Source: Felis catus
Lineage: Eukaryota
DNA length: 64,000 nucleotides
Direction: 5' to 3'
Assembly (NCBI RefSeq): GCF_018350175.1
Contig: NC_058368.1
Span: 102,612,001 to 102,676,000 of the forward strand
Shown here: positions 11,127-24,015 of the stretch, one piece after another
Layout of the letters: the number at the start of each line of letters is the position of its first letter
Position numbering within the stretch: position 1 is the stretch's first letter
Notes under the pieces: model-generated
What the model saw: the letters and a program-made list of their open reading frames with translations, nothing else
What the model was told of the DNA's origin: nothing
Databases searched by the model: none
Position numbers and translations under genes: made by a program

Positions 11127-11612
11127 ATGTCATAGCAAGATGGCCGCAACAATCTTCCCGTCTCCATTCGCATGCTTTTTGCACTGTGTCTTTGTTGATT
11201 TCTCTACCCATTGAATCTAGGCTTGGCCAGGAGCCTCACTTTGGCCAATGGGCCATTACAAATGTAAGCAGAAGTTTGAAATCGTTTCCACATGGGTTTG
11301 CTTTCTTTTGCTTGTGGCTGCAACTCGGAGACCACTGTGTGAATAAGCCAATTCAGCCTAGTGGAATAGTTATAGGGAAAATCAAGTTACCCCGGACAGA
11401 CATGTGGGGGAGACCGTCGTAGACTAGGCAGCCCCATTGAAGACATTGTTTGACTTGATCTGCATGGCTGACCCCAGAAGAGACTGGACAAACTGCCCAG
11501 TGGAGCCTAGTCCAAATTGTTGACCCACAGAATAATAACAATTTTTAAGAAAGATTATTATTTCACACCTACTAAATTTGGGGCTGCTTGGTTACACAGC
11601 AATAAATAAGTA
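11127..11612 (+). mobile_element. MLT1 (G/H-like) LTR
   Basis: agatggccgcaacaatcttccc...ctttggccaatgg...actgcccagtggagcctagtccaaattgttgacccacagaa...actaaatttggggctgcttggttacacagcaata. Confidence 0.75.
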
Positions 11613-12215
11613 ATTGCTATCAGAAGGTTCAGCGAATCGCTCATAACCTCATGGGAAGTCCAGCATGGGAGCTGGGATTCTAACCCAAGTTTGCTAACTG
11701 CACTGTCTGTTTGCCAGGATATACACTCATTCTCCCGAAGCGTCCCAAAAGAGCCATCAACGAGGTTAAGCTATATGTGAGTGAAGAATGCATGATTGCA
11801 TGTTTAGCAATGATCCAAACTCAGGGAACCCGTTCTCTTAGAACTGGCTGTGTGGCAATGTGGTTGGCTTGTTAAATTGAGCAAAGTCACATAACGTCCT
11901 TCGCCAAAAAAAATAGGTTCGTCCTAGATTCGGGAAAAAGAACTCTGACCCACTTGTTTGCTGCTTCTAGAAAACAAAATACCTTTGTCAGATGCCTTTT
12001 TCCAGCCTTTTCTGGAGCCTCCAGCCATCCCATAGGATTTGAGTTGGAGAGTGGCCCTGGTCTTTCTGCTCTTAGAGCTGTTGGGCAGGATGCTTGTGGG
12101 GCACAGAGGGGCAGGAAGAATGGTGAGGTCTGTAACAATGACAAGCATTCTGAACATCACGAGTAATTTTGCATTTGCTTATCTCTTTTTTTCTTTTCTT
12201 TCCCGCTCTCTCTCT

Positions 12216-12441
12216 TTTTAAAAAAAAAAATTTTTTTTAACGTTTATTTATTTTTGAGACACAGAGAGACCGAGCATGAACAGGGGAGGGGCAGAGAGAG
12301 AGGGAGACACAGAATCGGAAACAGGCTCCAGGCTCTGAGCCGTCAGCCCAGAGCCCGACGCGGGGCTCGAACTCACAGACAGTGAGATCGTGACCTGAGC
12401 GGAAGTCGGACGCTTAACCGACCAAGCCACCCAGGCACCCC
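12216..12441 (-). mobile_element. CanSINE nested in the tail of an older SINE
   Basis: Full head ending gccacccaggcaccc; flanking ctctctctctt duplication. Confidence 0.94.
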
Positions 12442-12451
12442 TCTCTCTCTC

Positions 12452-12622
12452 TCTTAAAGAGACCCATCTCTTAGAGAGAGAGAGAGAGAGAGAGAGCCCA
12501 CGTGCAAGTTGGGGACAGGGAGAAAGAGAGAGAGAATCTCAAACAGGCTCCACATCCCGGGTGGAGGCTGACACAGGGCTTGATCTCCGGACAGTGCGAC
12601 CAACGGAGCCACCAGGGTGCCT
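12452..12622 (-). mobile_element. Older, internally deleted CanSINE
   Basis: (GA)n...gagaatctcaaacaggctccac...gggcttgatc...ggagccaccagggtgcc; outer TSD-like gcatttgcttat / gcatttgttcat. Confidence 0.8.
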
Positions 12623-13179
12623 GGCATTTGTTCATTTTCAATCGGAATGAGAAAAGCGAACCCGAAGGGATTGCAGCTGGCAGGAAAGACAGACGCACAA
12701 ATTCCGCCCTGCCCGCGAAATCTCCAGGGGCGCTAGAGGTTGCTGAAGAACGGTCACAGAAGTTACCAGCCTTCCCGTCTGAGGGAGCTTAGGTCCTTTC
12801 TGACGGGCCAAGGACACCACGTGTCCAGTGCAAGTGTACTGAGTACCTAGGGTGTGCGGAGCACAGCAGGCATGCAGACAAATGACAATCTGCGGCTGTG
12901 GGTGTCGTGTCTGTCGTGAGCTCTGGCCGGGGCGCAACAAGCCTGACTCTCCAGGGGAGACTCTCCCTCTGGGGAGGAGCCATGAGCCAAAGAGTTACAT
13001 GAACCCAGCTAGCACCAACCACTTTTCACGTCAGCAGAAAAAAAGCCTACACAGAAGGAGAAATCTATTACCCTGGACATTTTAAAGCCACTAAAAACCT
13101 AGCCGTAGGCTCACGGTTAGACCACGCGCTGACGGGGAGGATCTGGAACATTACAACGCTCCGAAACGGGAAAGCCAGG

Positions 13180-13372
13180 GGCTGTGCGTCAGAGAGAACT
13201 GGGATTGTGTCCTAGTTACAAGTACCACGTGATCTCGCAAGTCCCGGTCTTTGAAAAGTAACGTAACTTTTAGGATTGCGCTCACTCAAGACTGTATTGT
13301 CTGCAAATGCCTTGGTACATTGCCTGGTCCCTCGCGGGTCCAAAATATGTGTCAGTTCGGGAGTATGTTCCA
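13180..13372 (+). mobile_element. MIR fragment
   Basis: gtcagagagaactgggattgtgtcctag...taggattgcg...gccttggtacattgcctgg. Confidence 0.5.
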
Positions 13373-13458
13373 GTTAAAAATACATTAACTCCCTGTTTAC
13401 AGGGTATTCTTTTGGAATAGCACACATTAAACGCTCTTGGGGGAAGCAGATCTTTAGG

Positions 13459-13781
13459 CTACCACATGGATGAAACCTGAACATATTAGGCGGAGTGAAA
13501 TCAAAGACAGAAGGACAGATATCGTGTGATTGCCACTTACATGAGGGGCCTAGCATAGGCAAACTCATAGAGACAGAAAGTAGAACAGAGGCTTCCGGGG
13601 CCGACTGGGAGAAGGGGGTGGGGGGTGTTTCATGGGCAAACAGCTTCAGCTGGGGATCATGAAAAAATGCTGGAGATGGACAGTGGCAATATTTGCACAT
13701 GATGCATGTCCTTAAGGCCACTCAACGGTACGCTGCACAGGGTTAAAATGGTCAACTGACGTTAGGTAGATTTTGCCACAA
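13459..13781 (+). mobile_element. L1 (L1MB-like) 3' end
   Basis: accacatggatgaaacctgaacatatt...aaactcatagagacagaaagtagaa...ctggagatgga...ttaaaatggtcaa. Confidence 0.85.
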
Positions 13782-14214
13782 ACCCGTAACGAACCGACAA
13801 AAAAAACCGATTCAAGCCGCTCGGGATTAAGCAAGGCGTGAATGCTAAGTCCTGTGCAACGTGTCACTGAGGATATAAAAGACAAAAGGCCTCCACATCT
13901 AGGAGGATAGTGTCAAGTCAGCTTGGGAGGCTAGCTTTGAATGTTAACTACTTTTTTTTTAATAGCCATTCTCTTTGTCATCATCTCCGCAGCAGGTTGA
14001 ATGAGAACTGATGAATCGGAAAGCAGTTGGCTCCACCTCTGAGCTTAGAGGTCAAGCTCTCAAAGCGGCTGAACTTATCCGGTCTCTCACTGACTCCGCT
14101 GGGACCCATCTCACCCTACGCCGGAAGACACATCTGGAGAACATAAGCAGTCGACAGCCGAATAGGCACAAAAGTTACACGCAGGGCAGGTGTGAGCGCT
14201 GGTGACCACGTCAG

Positions 14215-14640
14215 GGGTCCCGCAACTATCATGGCAAGAAATCCCGCTCAACCTGGCTTAGGCAAACCAAGGGAATTTATGGGCTTACGAACTGAGTGAG
14301 TCCTGGCTTTGTGGGAGGCTGGACCCACCGCTCCCAGGATGTCACCAAGGACCCGCATGCTCCCTCTCCCTATTTGGTCCGCTTCACTGCAGACATCTTT
14401 CACTCGACAGCCCCAGGCTCATAGCTCCCAGGGGCCATTCCTTCCTAAGGCAATTCCTGACCTCGTATCCTCACACCACATCATCCAGAAGAAATCAGGC
14501 CTCTTTGGGTAGCTTTCAGGAACTTCTTTTTGCTAGAAGGGCCAGCAAACATCTCTTCCTCATCTCATTGGCTCTGATTGAGTCACATGCCTATCCCTGA
14601 GCTAATCTCTGTGACCAGGCAGATAGGGGTACCAAGAGGC
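14215..14640 (-). mobile_element. MLT1K-like LTR fragment
   Basis: ctcaacctggcttaggcaaaccaagggaatttatgggct...tctcattggctctgattgagtcacatgcctatccctgagctaatctctgtgaccagg. Confidence 0.65.
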
Positions 14641-15227
14641 TGCAGCCCAGTGTGTGGTTGTTCCAAGGTTATGCTGTAGCCTATGGACGAAAGGCTCTCT
14701 CTGAAACTCTACAGAGCCCAGCACGCACAGCCAATCAAAATAGCAACCTGCAAGTTTATGCCGTCTTTTCGCCAAGGGTATGAATTCCCTGAATGTTAAG
14801 GGTAATGTCCCCGCCTTATATCCATTCACAGAATCTGACACATTATGGCTGCTCAGCAAAGTCTTTTTGAACGAATACATGATTGTGTGAGTGAAGAGGA
14901 AACTAGCTGGAATGCATAAGCCACTCACAAATCATGTCTCTGAGGTCTCCATATATCATTGACCTTTCCAACAATTTCTTGCTACTGGACGATAACCAAT
15001 TGTTAAATTTTTAATATGAAATGAAGGTGAGGCCGAGCACAGATGAATCCAATTTCAACCTTCTGATCTCTCGGAAGGTGACATTTTTGGATCTCCCATT
15101 TGCTGTATCTAGGTTGTTAGGAAAGTTGAGTCCTTGAAACGCAAAGCTCCTTGAAAAAAAAACCAAGCTCTTACCCGAGCCTTCTCTCCATACTCAACAT
15201 GGGAAAGAAAGCCACCAAGTCTGATGG

Positions 15228-15230
<3 letters not shown>

Positions 15231-15262
<32 letters not shown>
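15231..15262. repeat. (TG)16 microsatellite
   Basis: Direct count. Confidence 0.95.
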
Positions 15263-15263
<1 letters not shown>

Positions 15264-15375
15264 ACGTGATAGAGTAGTAGTTAGACTGTAAACACTAACT
15301 TTGTGTGTATTTTTATGATTTAATTTCTCCTTTTTATGGGTATATAAAACATATTTTTAAAAATAAATAAATCCT

Positions 15376-15605
15376 GGGGCGCCTGGGTGGCTCAGTCAGT
15401 TAAGCGTCTGACTTCGGCTCAGGTCACGATCTCACGGTCCGTGAGTTCGAGCCCCGTGTCGGGCTCTGGGCTGATGGCCCAGAGCCTGGAGTCTGCTTCC
15501 GATTCTGTGTCTCTCTCTCTCTCTGCCCCTCCCCTGTTCATGCTCTGTCTCTCTCTGTCTCAAAAATAAATAAACGTTAAAAAAAATAATAATAATAAAT
15601 AAATA
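15376..15605 (+). mobile_element. CanSINE
   Basis: Full-length head, (CT)n and tail. Confidence 0.96.
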
Positions 15606-15695
15606 AATCTTTAATGGAAGTGTATGATGCTGACATGGGAAGTATGTAGATCTATCACATACAATACAAGAATGTATTTAAATATGCAGATTATG

Positions 15696-15915
15696 GGGGC
15701 GCCTGGGTGGCTCAGTCGGTTAAGCGTCCGACTTCGGCTCAGGTCATGATCTCACGGTCCGTGAGTTCGAGCCCCGTGTCAGGCTCTGTGCTGACAGCTC
15801 AGAGCCTGGAGCCTGTTTCGGATTCTGTGTCTCCCTCTCTCTCTGCCCCTCCCCTATTCATGCTCTGTCTCTCTCTGTCTCAAAAATAAATAAACATTAA
15901 AAAAAAATTAAAAAA
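15696..15915 (+). mobile_element. CanSINE
   Basis: Full length; 16-bp TSD aaatatgcagattatg at 15680-15695 and 15916-15931. Confidence 0.97.
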
Positions 15916-16050
15916 AAATATGCAGATTATGAACACGTAAAAGCTGCAATGCTTCAAAATAATATTAGCTTCTTACAGGAAACGTTATGAGCCCACCGGC
16001 ATCTTAAATACAGATGGCATTTTACGTAGATAAGCAACCAGTGGTAAAAA

Positions 16051-16270
16051 TGTTTTTTTAATTTTTTTGAGAGAGAGAGAGTACAAGTGGGGGAGACGGG
16101 CAGCGGGGCGGGGGGGGGTGCTGCGGGGAGACAAGGAGGGAGAGAGTCCTAAGCAGACTCCATGCTCAGCAAGGAGCCCAATGAGAGGCTTGATCCCACG
16201 ACCCTGGGATCATGACCTGAGCTGAAATCAACACTCGGATGCTCAACCAACTGAGCCACCCAGGAGCCCC
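16051..16270 (-). mobile_element. CanSINE (older subfamily)
   Basis: gggatcatgacctgagctgaaatcaa...gagccacccaggagcccc. Confidence 0.9.
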
Positions 16271-16479
16271 AAATATTTATTCTTACATGTTCTCTTTTAG
16301 AAACTACTATTCTCCGTGTCGAGTTTCCTTTTCGTTTAGATAGAGAAAAACATAAACAACCCCCGAGCCTCTACCTGCCTTTTTCTGTATGTGAACCCTG
16401 GCATACAAGTGATTAAGAGTCTCCCATAGCCCCTTTCCTAGCCTGTCTTTCCTTCAATTTCTACCTTCTTCCCGTGGAC

Positions 16480-17400
16480 GCTCGCATCTTCCCCTATGCT
16501 TCAACCACGTGTAAGTTAATGACCCCAAATCACTGTATCCGGTTCTACCATCACTCATCAGTGCCAGGATATTATGTCCAACATCCTAACGGAAATCACT
16601 GTTGTAATGTCCCAATGATCTCAGGGGCCTTGGTTGATGGCATTCATCATCTACGAGTCCCACCCAGCTAGATCATTTGGGGTCAACTCGGATTCCCCTT
16701 TCCCCCTCATCTATTCTGTGGCTCCCCTCGGTTTCAACTCACACCTGGTTCCATAATATACGTCTCTCCCCATTCCGTGGCCGCGTTTAACCTGCGTTCG
16801 CTTTTCTGGACGACCGTATTCTCTACCTCTTTGAAGGGAGTGATTCTAGTTTCTTCCCAACTAACCCGTCATCCACCTGCCCTCACCCTCATCATGATAG
16901 GTTTTGAATACGATCTGATTATTCAAATTTTCCTCCTCAAAATTCTTCACAGCCTTCTCACTGCTTTTAGAATAAAGTACACGTTCAGAGATTTCTGTAA
17001 TCTGGCTCCGGCTTACTGTACAATCTCACATTCTGCTCTTCCCTTCAGTTACAAGAGCCCTCTGCTCCCACCATCTGATCCCTGAATAGTCTGACAACAC
17101 TCCCCAGGACTCCAGGCCCATCCCTCTGCCTAGACTGCTTTTCTCGCATTTCTTCCCCCGTACAGTTAACTTCAGTAAAGTCTTTGCAGACTTCCCACCA
17201 CAATTAATCATTCCCTCCTCTGTACTCCCACAAAACTCTGTTCAGAGCGTGCACATCTGGTCCCAGTCTTCCTGGGCGCGCCAAGCACTTCTTGGAGGAG
17301 GTGGGGGAGAGAGGAATGGGTCTCATTCATCTCTGCACGGACAGTTCCTAGCCGGTGCCTGGTGGTTAACATGTACTAAAAAAAATGTTCAGTGAATGAG
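16480..17400 (+). mobile_element. L2 LINE 3' portion
   Basis: Pyrimidine-rich; ctcactgcttttagaataaagt...gtctcattcatctctg...gtgcctgg...aaatgttcagtgaatga terminus. Confidence 0.65.
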
Positions 17401-19179
17401 TCTTCATTTTGAATACTCAGCAAGACTTAACTTTGACCTACAAACTCCCCAAAGGAGGAAAAAGGAAGCCTGCAGGTTCATCATGGTTGTGTTGACCACA
17501 CGCACTAAAAGCAAGCAAGTTACAAAGACAAGCTACAGCAGAGTAAGTCCATTTTGCTACAGTCCCTTCTGTCTTTTAGGAAATGTCTAACTTGAGATCC
17601 CTTTCCCGTGCTCCCTTTCCAAGGTTTAATGTACGTGATTAATCTTGACTTGCCTTAATACCGCTAGGAATGTGGCATTGACCTCAGCTGAACACCGGCA
17701 AAGTGATTAATGTTACATGAACTGGACGAGATTTTTTTTTTTTTTTTCTTCACTCTAGATCCTGAATAAACACATTCATGCAAGATTCGGTTGCAGACCT
17801 TTGCTCAATAGAAAATGTACCGTGATTTCAAAGGGTAATGTTTCAGATGCAATAAACAACGTTAAAGGAAACATGGCTCTTGTTAAAGAAAATGCTGTTT
17901 CAGGCTAAAGTCCCAGTGATCATAAAAGATTCATGGTGCAATAAACAAAATGAACCACAGGCAGGCAGGTCCATTCGGCGACTAACCACTGATTGAATTT
18001 CCCAACACTCTTGGACTTTCTGAGAGATAAACTATTCACAAAAGGTCTACGTTAAATATAAGGCTGTCATTTCCTTTTTATGTTTCTAGAGAGGTCCAAG
18101 AACAGTAGAGCCCCCCCCCCTTCTTTTTTTTCCCCCCATTGGTTGTTTGTGTTTTTGAATTTTTTATGATGTGGGAAGACTGGCAAACACTTGCTATGAT
18201 TGTCAAATGCCTTAAATCAAGAAGAGAAAATGCAATAAAACACAGTTTCCATGGTAACACATTGTAACCTAGTACCTCTGGATTATGAGCCAGCTTACAT
18301 CTGTGATCATTACTTGTTGACAGGCATAAATTGAGCCTAAAAGCATTAATTTTAGAGATAAAACTGGAATGTGGAGCTAAGTTATAATAATGTTTAAATA
18401 TTTCCAAGGTAGTGGCAGCAAATCAACACTGGTTATGTCACTATTTAAATAATGTTAATAAACTAAGCATAAACACTTAAAAAATTTACAAGCTTTTTTC
18501 TAAAGATGGTAAAACACATTTATATAAGCTCTTGAGGCAGCAAGTGGGAGCTGACATGTTTTCAGTGGGGTTACAAGAAATCCAATGTCAGCAATTAAAC
18601 GGTATGATAGATAGACTTTTTAATGAAGGAATGTTTTCAATATGGAAATAACCCTGAAAAATCTCAGTCGTTTACTTCCTAAAACTATCTTAGGGCAGAA
18701 ATACACAATGTTTCTGGATGTTTCTCAGTAGACATAGTTTCCTTTTTTTTTTTTTTTTAGAAGAAACCAAAATAAAATATGAAGTATCACCTTAGAAGGT
18801 TTTCACGCATGCTTTTCTACACATTCACTCCCCTGTTCTCATTAGAAGCATTCATACGTCTGTCAGACATTGTAAGGCTTAAAAACAAAAAAAAAAAAGA
18901 ATGATCGTCTCTACAGGCTGCCTCCAGCTGGCTTCAGCAGTTAGCCATTAACCAATACGCTCAACAATCAAAAAGACCAGTTTTTTCAAGGCTATTTGTA
19001 ACACTTCTAAATATGTCCTTACGATAATCAAGGTAGTCTGATATGCTACGGCATGATTTCATGCGATACGGTAATAAACAATGGCTGGTTTTCTCCACGT
19101 TTAGACTTGAAGAAAAAGTCCACTTCTCTGGAAACTTCTGAGGTCAGCTTCCCTGCTAACACTTAAAAGGATCATGGGA

Positions 19180-19328
19180 GGGGTGCCTGGGTGGCTCAGT
19201 TGGTGAAGGGTTCGGCTCAGGGCATGATCCTGTCGTTCATGAGTTCGAGTCCCGCGTCGGGCTCTGTGCTGACAGCTCAGAGCCTGGGGCCTGCTTCCGA
19301 TTCTGTGTCTCCGCCCTCTGCCCACCCC
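19180..19328 (+). mobile_element. 3'-truncated CanSINE (no A tail)
   Basis: Head and body present; stops after ctctgcccaccc. Confidence 0.88.
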
Positions 19329-19329
19329 T

Positions 19330-19462
19330 TACCGTTACTGCTTCTCTACAGTGGAGATTAGACCTACTGTATAAGGTGGTTATGAGCATCTAGTGAGGTG
19401 GACACATGCAGGGAGCTGAGACGAGTACTTGGGGCACGGTCAGCCCTCTGCAAAGGTTAACC
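19330..19462 (+). mobile_element. MIR fragment
   Basis: ctctacagtggagattagacctac...ggtggttatgagcatctagtgag...ggcacggtcagccctc. Confidence 0.55.
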
Positions 19463-20707
19463 CCTGTGGTCACCGTGGTCACTATCACAGTGTCACCCGA
19501 GGCCTTGTTCTGTGGCTCTCACCTAGGGGTGCCCGGTAAATGTTAAACTGAGCAAGCCAGCTTATTCGACCGGGTATTGTAAGAGTTGACTTGTAACTAT
19601 TTTTGCTAGAATATATAGCGCTTTCAGGAAATTGGGCCAGATTGCTTTTATTCATGTGCACTGTACCTCTCTGAGATTCATCAAACCCCTGGTAAGAGAG
19701 CTCACAGAGTTATGCAAGAACCCTATGGCCCACTGTTGCTAATTTGTAGAATTAAACCCTTGGGAACACTGCAGGGTGTCTGATCCAGCGTAACACGGAC
19801 TTGTGTTTAACCTATTGACCCGGGAAGGGCAGGGATTTAAGAATCCTTCATACTTTGAAGAAGTAGCTTAGAAATATGCCAGCTACTTCCATTTTCTAAG
19901 TTCTTTTTTTTTTCTGCCCCCCTTCAGCCCTGCTTTTAAAGAATGTAACCATTTTAAGAAGGAAGAAAGCAATTTGCTTCCATTGTAATTGGTATAGATC
20001 CTGGATTATGTCAACCTGGCATTTAGTTTGTCCAAAATTAAAAAAAAAAAAAAAAAATGAAGACGCTGGCCTCTGCATATCCAGCTCTCAGGGCTCGATG
20101 GACTATTTTGCATTCCCTTTCTTTATTCTTCGTCATTTTCCATTCACCTTCCCCAATGCATACCCCCAAATGCCTCCCCACTTTTTTTTTGCCTCCCCAA
20201 CTTTTAATCAGATCTCTATTTTTTTGCAATCTTAGCCAGTGACCTCATCCTGTAGACACAAAAAATAAAGGCTGTCAGATGATATCCTGCTCTCTTTTAA
20301 CAGCACCCTCACTTATGAGAAAGTGCTAAGGTATCACATGACGGATATGCAAAACCATCAATAAATGTCAGCTCCCTGTTTAAAGAAAGGAGTTGCCCAG
20401 TTTAGGGGAAGAGTGTCTTTATTTTCTCTTTCTCAGGTTAATCCTTCAACCTATATGCCCAGCTGGTTCCGTATCATCTCTTCTCTGTACCCTGGTTCAA
20501 TTCTCTATTCCCATTTCTGTATTTTTAGGACATTTCTCTTTTCTGATTCTTCTCACAGTCTTCGTCCTCCAAACCCAGCCTTCCTTCATCCCAGGGAAGT
20601 GCTTGGCCCAAAGGGCAGCCGGCGATAGATCAAAGGGTCTAAGCTTTCCCCAGTCGGGTCATCCAACCGAGTGTCTCTGAGCCACCTTTACAAAATTTCC
20701 CAGGGAG

Positions 20708-20889
20708 AGGCACTTGGGTGGCTCAGTTAAGCGTCTGACTCTTGGTCTCGGTAGTTCAGGTCATGATCTCACAGTTTGTAACGTTCGAGCCCTGAGTCGG
20801 GCTCTGGGCGGACAGCACGGAGCCTGCTGGGATTTCTCTCTCCTTCTCTCTCTCTGACCCTCCCTGGCTTGCTCGCTCAATCGCGCGTG

Positions 20890-20927
<38 letters not shown>

Positions 20928-20975
20928 AAAAAAAAAAAAAGATAAATTAAAAAAATAAATAAATAAAAATAAATT
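20708..20975 (+). mobile_element. CanSINE
   Basis: ggcacttgggtggctcag, long (CT)n and A tail; TSD-like caaaatttccc. Confidence 0.92.
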
Positions 20976-21044
20976 CAAAAATTTCCCGGGTAAACCAAAG
21001 CAAAACAGTCCTTCCTCCTTGTGTATTACTACCCCCTTTTCATT

Positions 21045-21256
21045 TTTTTTTTCAACGTTTATTTATTTTTTGGGACAGAGAGAGACAGAGCATGAACGAG
21101 GGAGGGGCAGAGAGAGAGGGAGACACAGAATCGGAAACAGGCTCCAGGCTCTGAGCCATCAGCCCAGAGCCTGACGCGGGGCTCGAACTCCTGGACCGCG
21201 AGATCGTGACCTGGCTGAAGTCGGACGCTTAACCGACTGCACCACCCAGGCGCCCC
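21045..21256 (-). mobile_element. Young CanSINE
   Basis: Diagnostic gacctggctgaagtcgg; TSD ccccttttcatt. Confidence 0.96.
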
Positions 21257-21581
21257 ACCCCTTTTCATTATGTAACAATGTGTGTAGTTGGTCTCTATAT
21301 TATCCACACCAGCGAAATGCTGATCATCAGGCTGTTGGCTTCCCCTGTTTTTCCTAAAGGGACATCATTTTCCTGCTCTGAAACTTTCTGGAAGCTTGCA
21401 GTAAAGGAAAATGAAAGCCGAGTTCATTGTCTAGCTTGCCAGCCAAAGGGACTTGAACTCCTGACAGCTCTCCATTCCGTTTCTCAACTCCAGGGCCCAG
21501 GGTTGGCTTCCTGACTTTGACGTGTCCTAGGGGATACGGTGCTGTCTACCGAGGACTGGATGTAGATCCCTACATTTACCA

Positions 21582-21961
21582 TGTTAAACAGAACACCACA
21601 GCCCCCAAATGGCATCACTTAGTACACGGGGACTTAATACCTAACATAGGTGCAGTTTCAGCTCCTAGGAATGTGACCTTTAGCCAGTCAACAAGGGAAT
21701 TTCCTGGTCAGCACGAGGAAATTTATTGATAGACCCCTCCCATTCCCCTTAGCAGGGCGACCTTGCCTAAAACAATGGATTCTTTGCTAATAATTTCCTT
21801 TTTTCCCCCATTCCCTCGCTACCTCTGAAAACTTTTCCTTTTCTGTAGCCCTTTGGAACACCCCTCTACTTGCCACACGGGAGGCTGCCCCATTCATGAA
21901 CTGATTAATAAAGCCAATTAGATCTTCAAAATTCACTCCGTTGACTCTTTGTTACTTAACA
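21582..21961 (+). mobile_element. Solo ERV LTR (carnivore ERV1-like), 380 bp
   Basis: Termini tgttaa...ttaaca form a perfect 6-bp inverted repeat (TG..CA); aataaagccaattagatct polyA region near the 3' end; no clear TSD. Confidence 0.7.
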
Positions 21962-23796
21962 GTCTAAAAGAGCACAGATAAGGCATTACCTTTACTCCTC
22001 CAACTGAGTTTATATTTCTATCTATATTCTTCTGTTGGTTCCACTACCGGTAAGAGACACCTCATTACTTTCATCATTAGCTGAAGCATTCCTCTGAATC
22101 ACAGCTTTGAAACTTTCTCTTCAGAATTTTTTTTTTTTTTTTCTCCCCAGGACGAGACCTCTGTTGCTGTTGATGATTTCCACACTACCTCGAAAACAGC
22201 TGATGCTTATTGACTGGCGGTAGAATTCAATTGCCTTCCATGTATTCACTGCCAAGTACATACAAACAGCCAGAATGGAACAGCCAGTCAGCACGATGAC
22301 ATCACATTCTTTCTTTGAAAGGCGCTTTTAAAAAAAGAATCTGTGGAACTCAGTTTGCAGGGTCCTAACCTAGCTTTGGCAAATGGCTCCACCATCACCA
22401 TGAGGCAAAAAAAAAAAAAAAGGGGGGGGGGGCGGGATGGTTGAAATTCAGATCCTTCCAGATTAGGTGAAAGAAGGAAGGGCAGCTTTGCTTTCTTGCC
22501 CTTGGGCTGCCTCCTTCCATCATTAGTAATTCTATCCCCCTCTTATCTGATCAGGCAGGGACACATTATCTCACCAGCAAATGAATACACTGTGGAAAAA
22601 CTCCCCAAATGCAAATGAACAGGGGGAAAAAAACCCAACAACGTGCTGCCGCTTAAATTACTGTAGCTTCCCCCCCCCCCCCCCCGCCCCCACTGCCTGT
22701 GGATGGAGAAGTTATGGATATTCTGAATTAATTCCACCTCTACTTATTCAAACTTTGTCAAGATAAACCTTTTATCTCATTGTTCTAACTGTTACATAGA
22801 GGAGATCATTTACATGACAGTAATTACGTTGCTATATTTAGTACCATGCTCTTGGCCCATTTCTGGTAACTTCCCTTTATATAAAACATTGAATGGGCTT
22901 TTCAAAACTTGGAAGGTATGTGTATGATATTATTTAAAACATGACAGCTAGAAAGCAGAGCAATTCGGGTAGATTTTGTACACCTCACAGCTTTGGGGGA
23001 AGATCAAAAGAGGAATAATAGCTCTAAAGTTCCTTTTTAACAATGTGTACTATTAGAAGGAAGCTTCTCTAAGTTTTATTGGCTTTCCCCTGTTCCCACA
23101 AGCAAACGATATTTTCATTTTTTTTAATATATTGTGTCGAGCTACCAGAAGCTTTTTTTTTTTTTTTAATCTGACATTGATTTATTTTTCTTCATCTCTT
23201 AGGTTAAAAACAATGAAGAAAAAGAAACTATTCCTTTGGACCAAACAATTTATTTGAAACTTTGACTTCAGAGAGGCCCTGGTGGCATTCTTTCATTTGT
23301 TTCAAGGCGTTAGTTGGCTTAACCCTTTCCAACTTGTCCAAACACAGGGATTTCACTGGCAATGCGGGGTTTGCTGGCCAGCTGAACCACATCACCTAGA
23401 GAAACCATGAGCAGCCCTCCTTTTCTGGTGCCCATCGTTCTGAAGTTTTTAGTCGAGAGAGCATCGCCTCCCGTCTTGAGATGTCTTGTTTCAGCTGCGA
23501 GGGTTACCTGTTTCTCCAAATTTGACCTCAAGAATGACGCTTGATTATTCTCTTAGAAGCTTGTAAAGCTTCAAGAAACACAAGGTCTAATATGCGCTGA
23601 CCCTGCGCCATATTTCCTCCATGTGAGTTATCCATCTGGAGTGACTCCCAATCTTCCTAGGAGCACCACCAAGTTCCCCACATTTCATTTTAGTTGCTGA
23701 GCTGAGCCTCAACTGGCAACTTCACACATTTCCCTTTCAGAACTAGAAATAACTAGTTCCTTTACAACATCGTGTTCTTCAAGATACGTTAAGATG

Positions 23797-24015
23797 GGGG
23801 CGCCTGGGTGGCTCAGTCGGGCAAGCCGCCAACTACGGCTCAGGTCACGATCTCGCGGTCCGCGAGTTCAAGCCCCACGTCGGGCTCTGTGCTGACGGCT
23901 CAGAGCCTGGAGCCTGTTTCCGATTCTGTGTCTCCCTCTCTCTCTGACCCTCCCCCGTTCATGCTCTGTCTCTGTCTCAAAAATAAATAAACGTTAAAAA
24001 AAAATTTTTTTTTTA
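23797..24015 (+). mobile_element. CanSINE
   Basis: Full length; TSD atacgttaagatgg. Confidence 0.96.

Noticed and set aside
15387..15889. Recurrent ~60-aa ORFs 'MAQSVKRPTSAQV...SLSQK' here and at many other positions, resembling a gene family
   Set aside because: They are translations of CanSINE bodies, mostly with GTG starts, not genes
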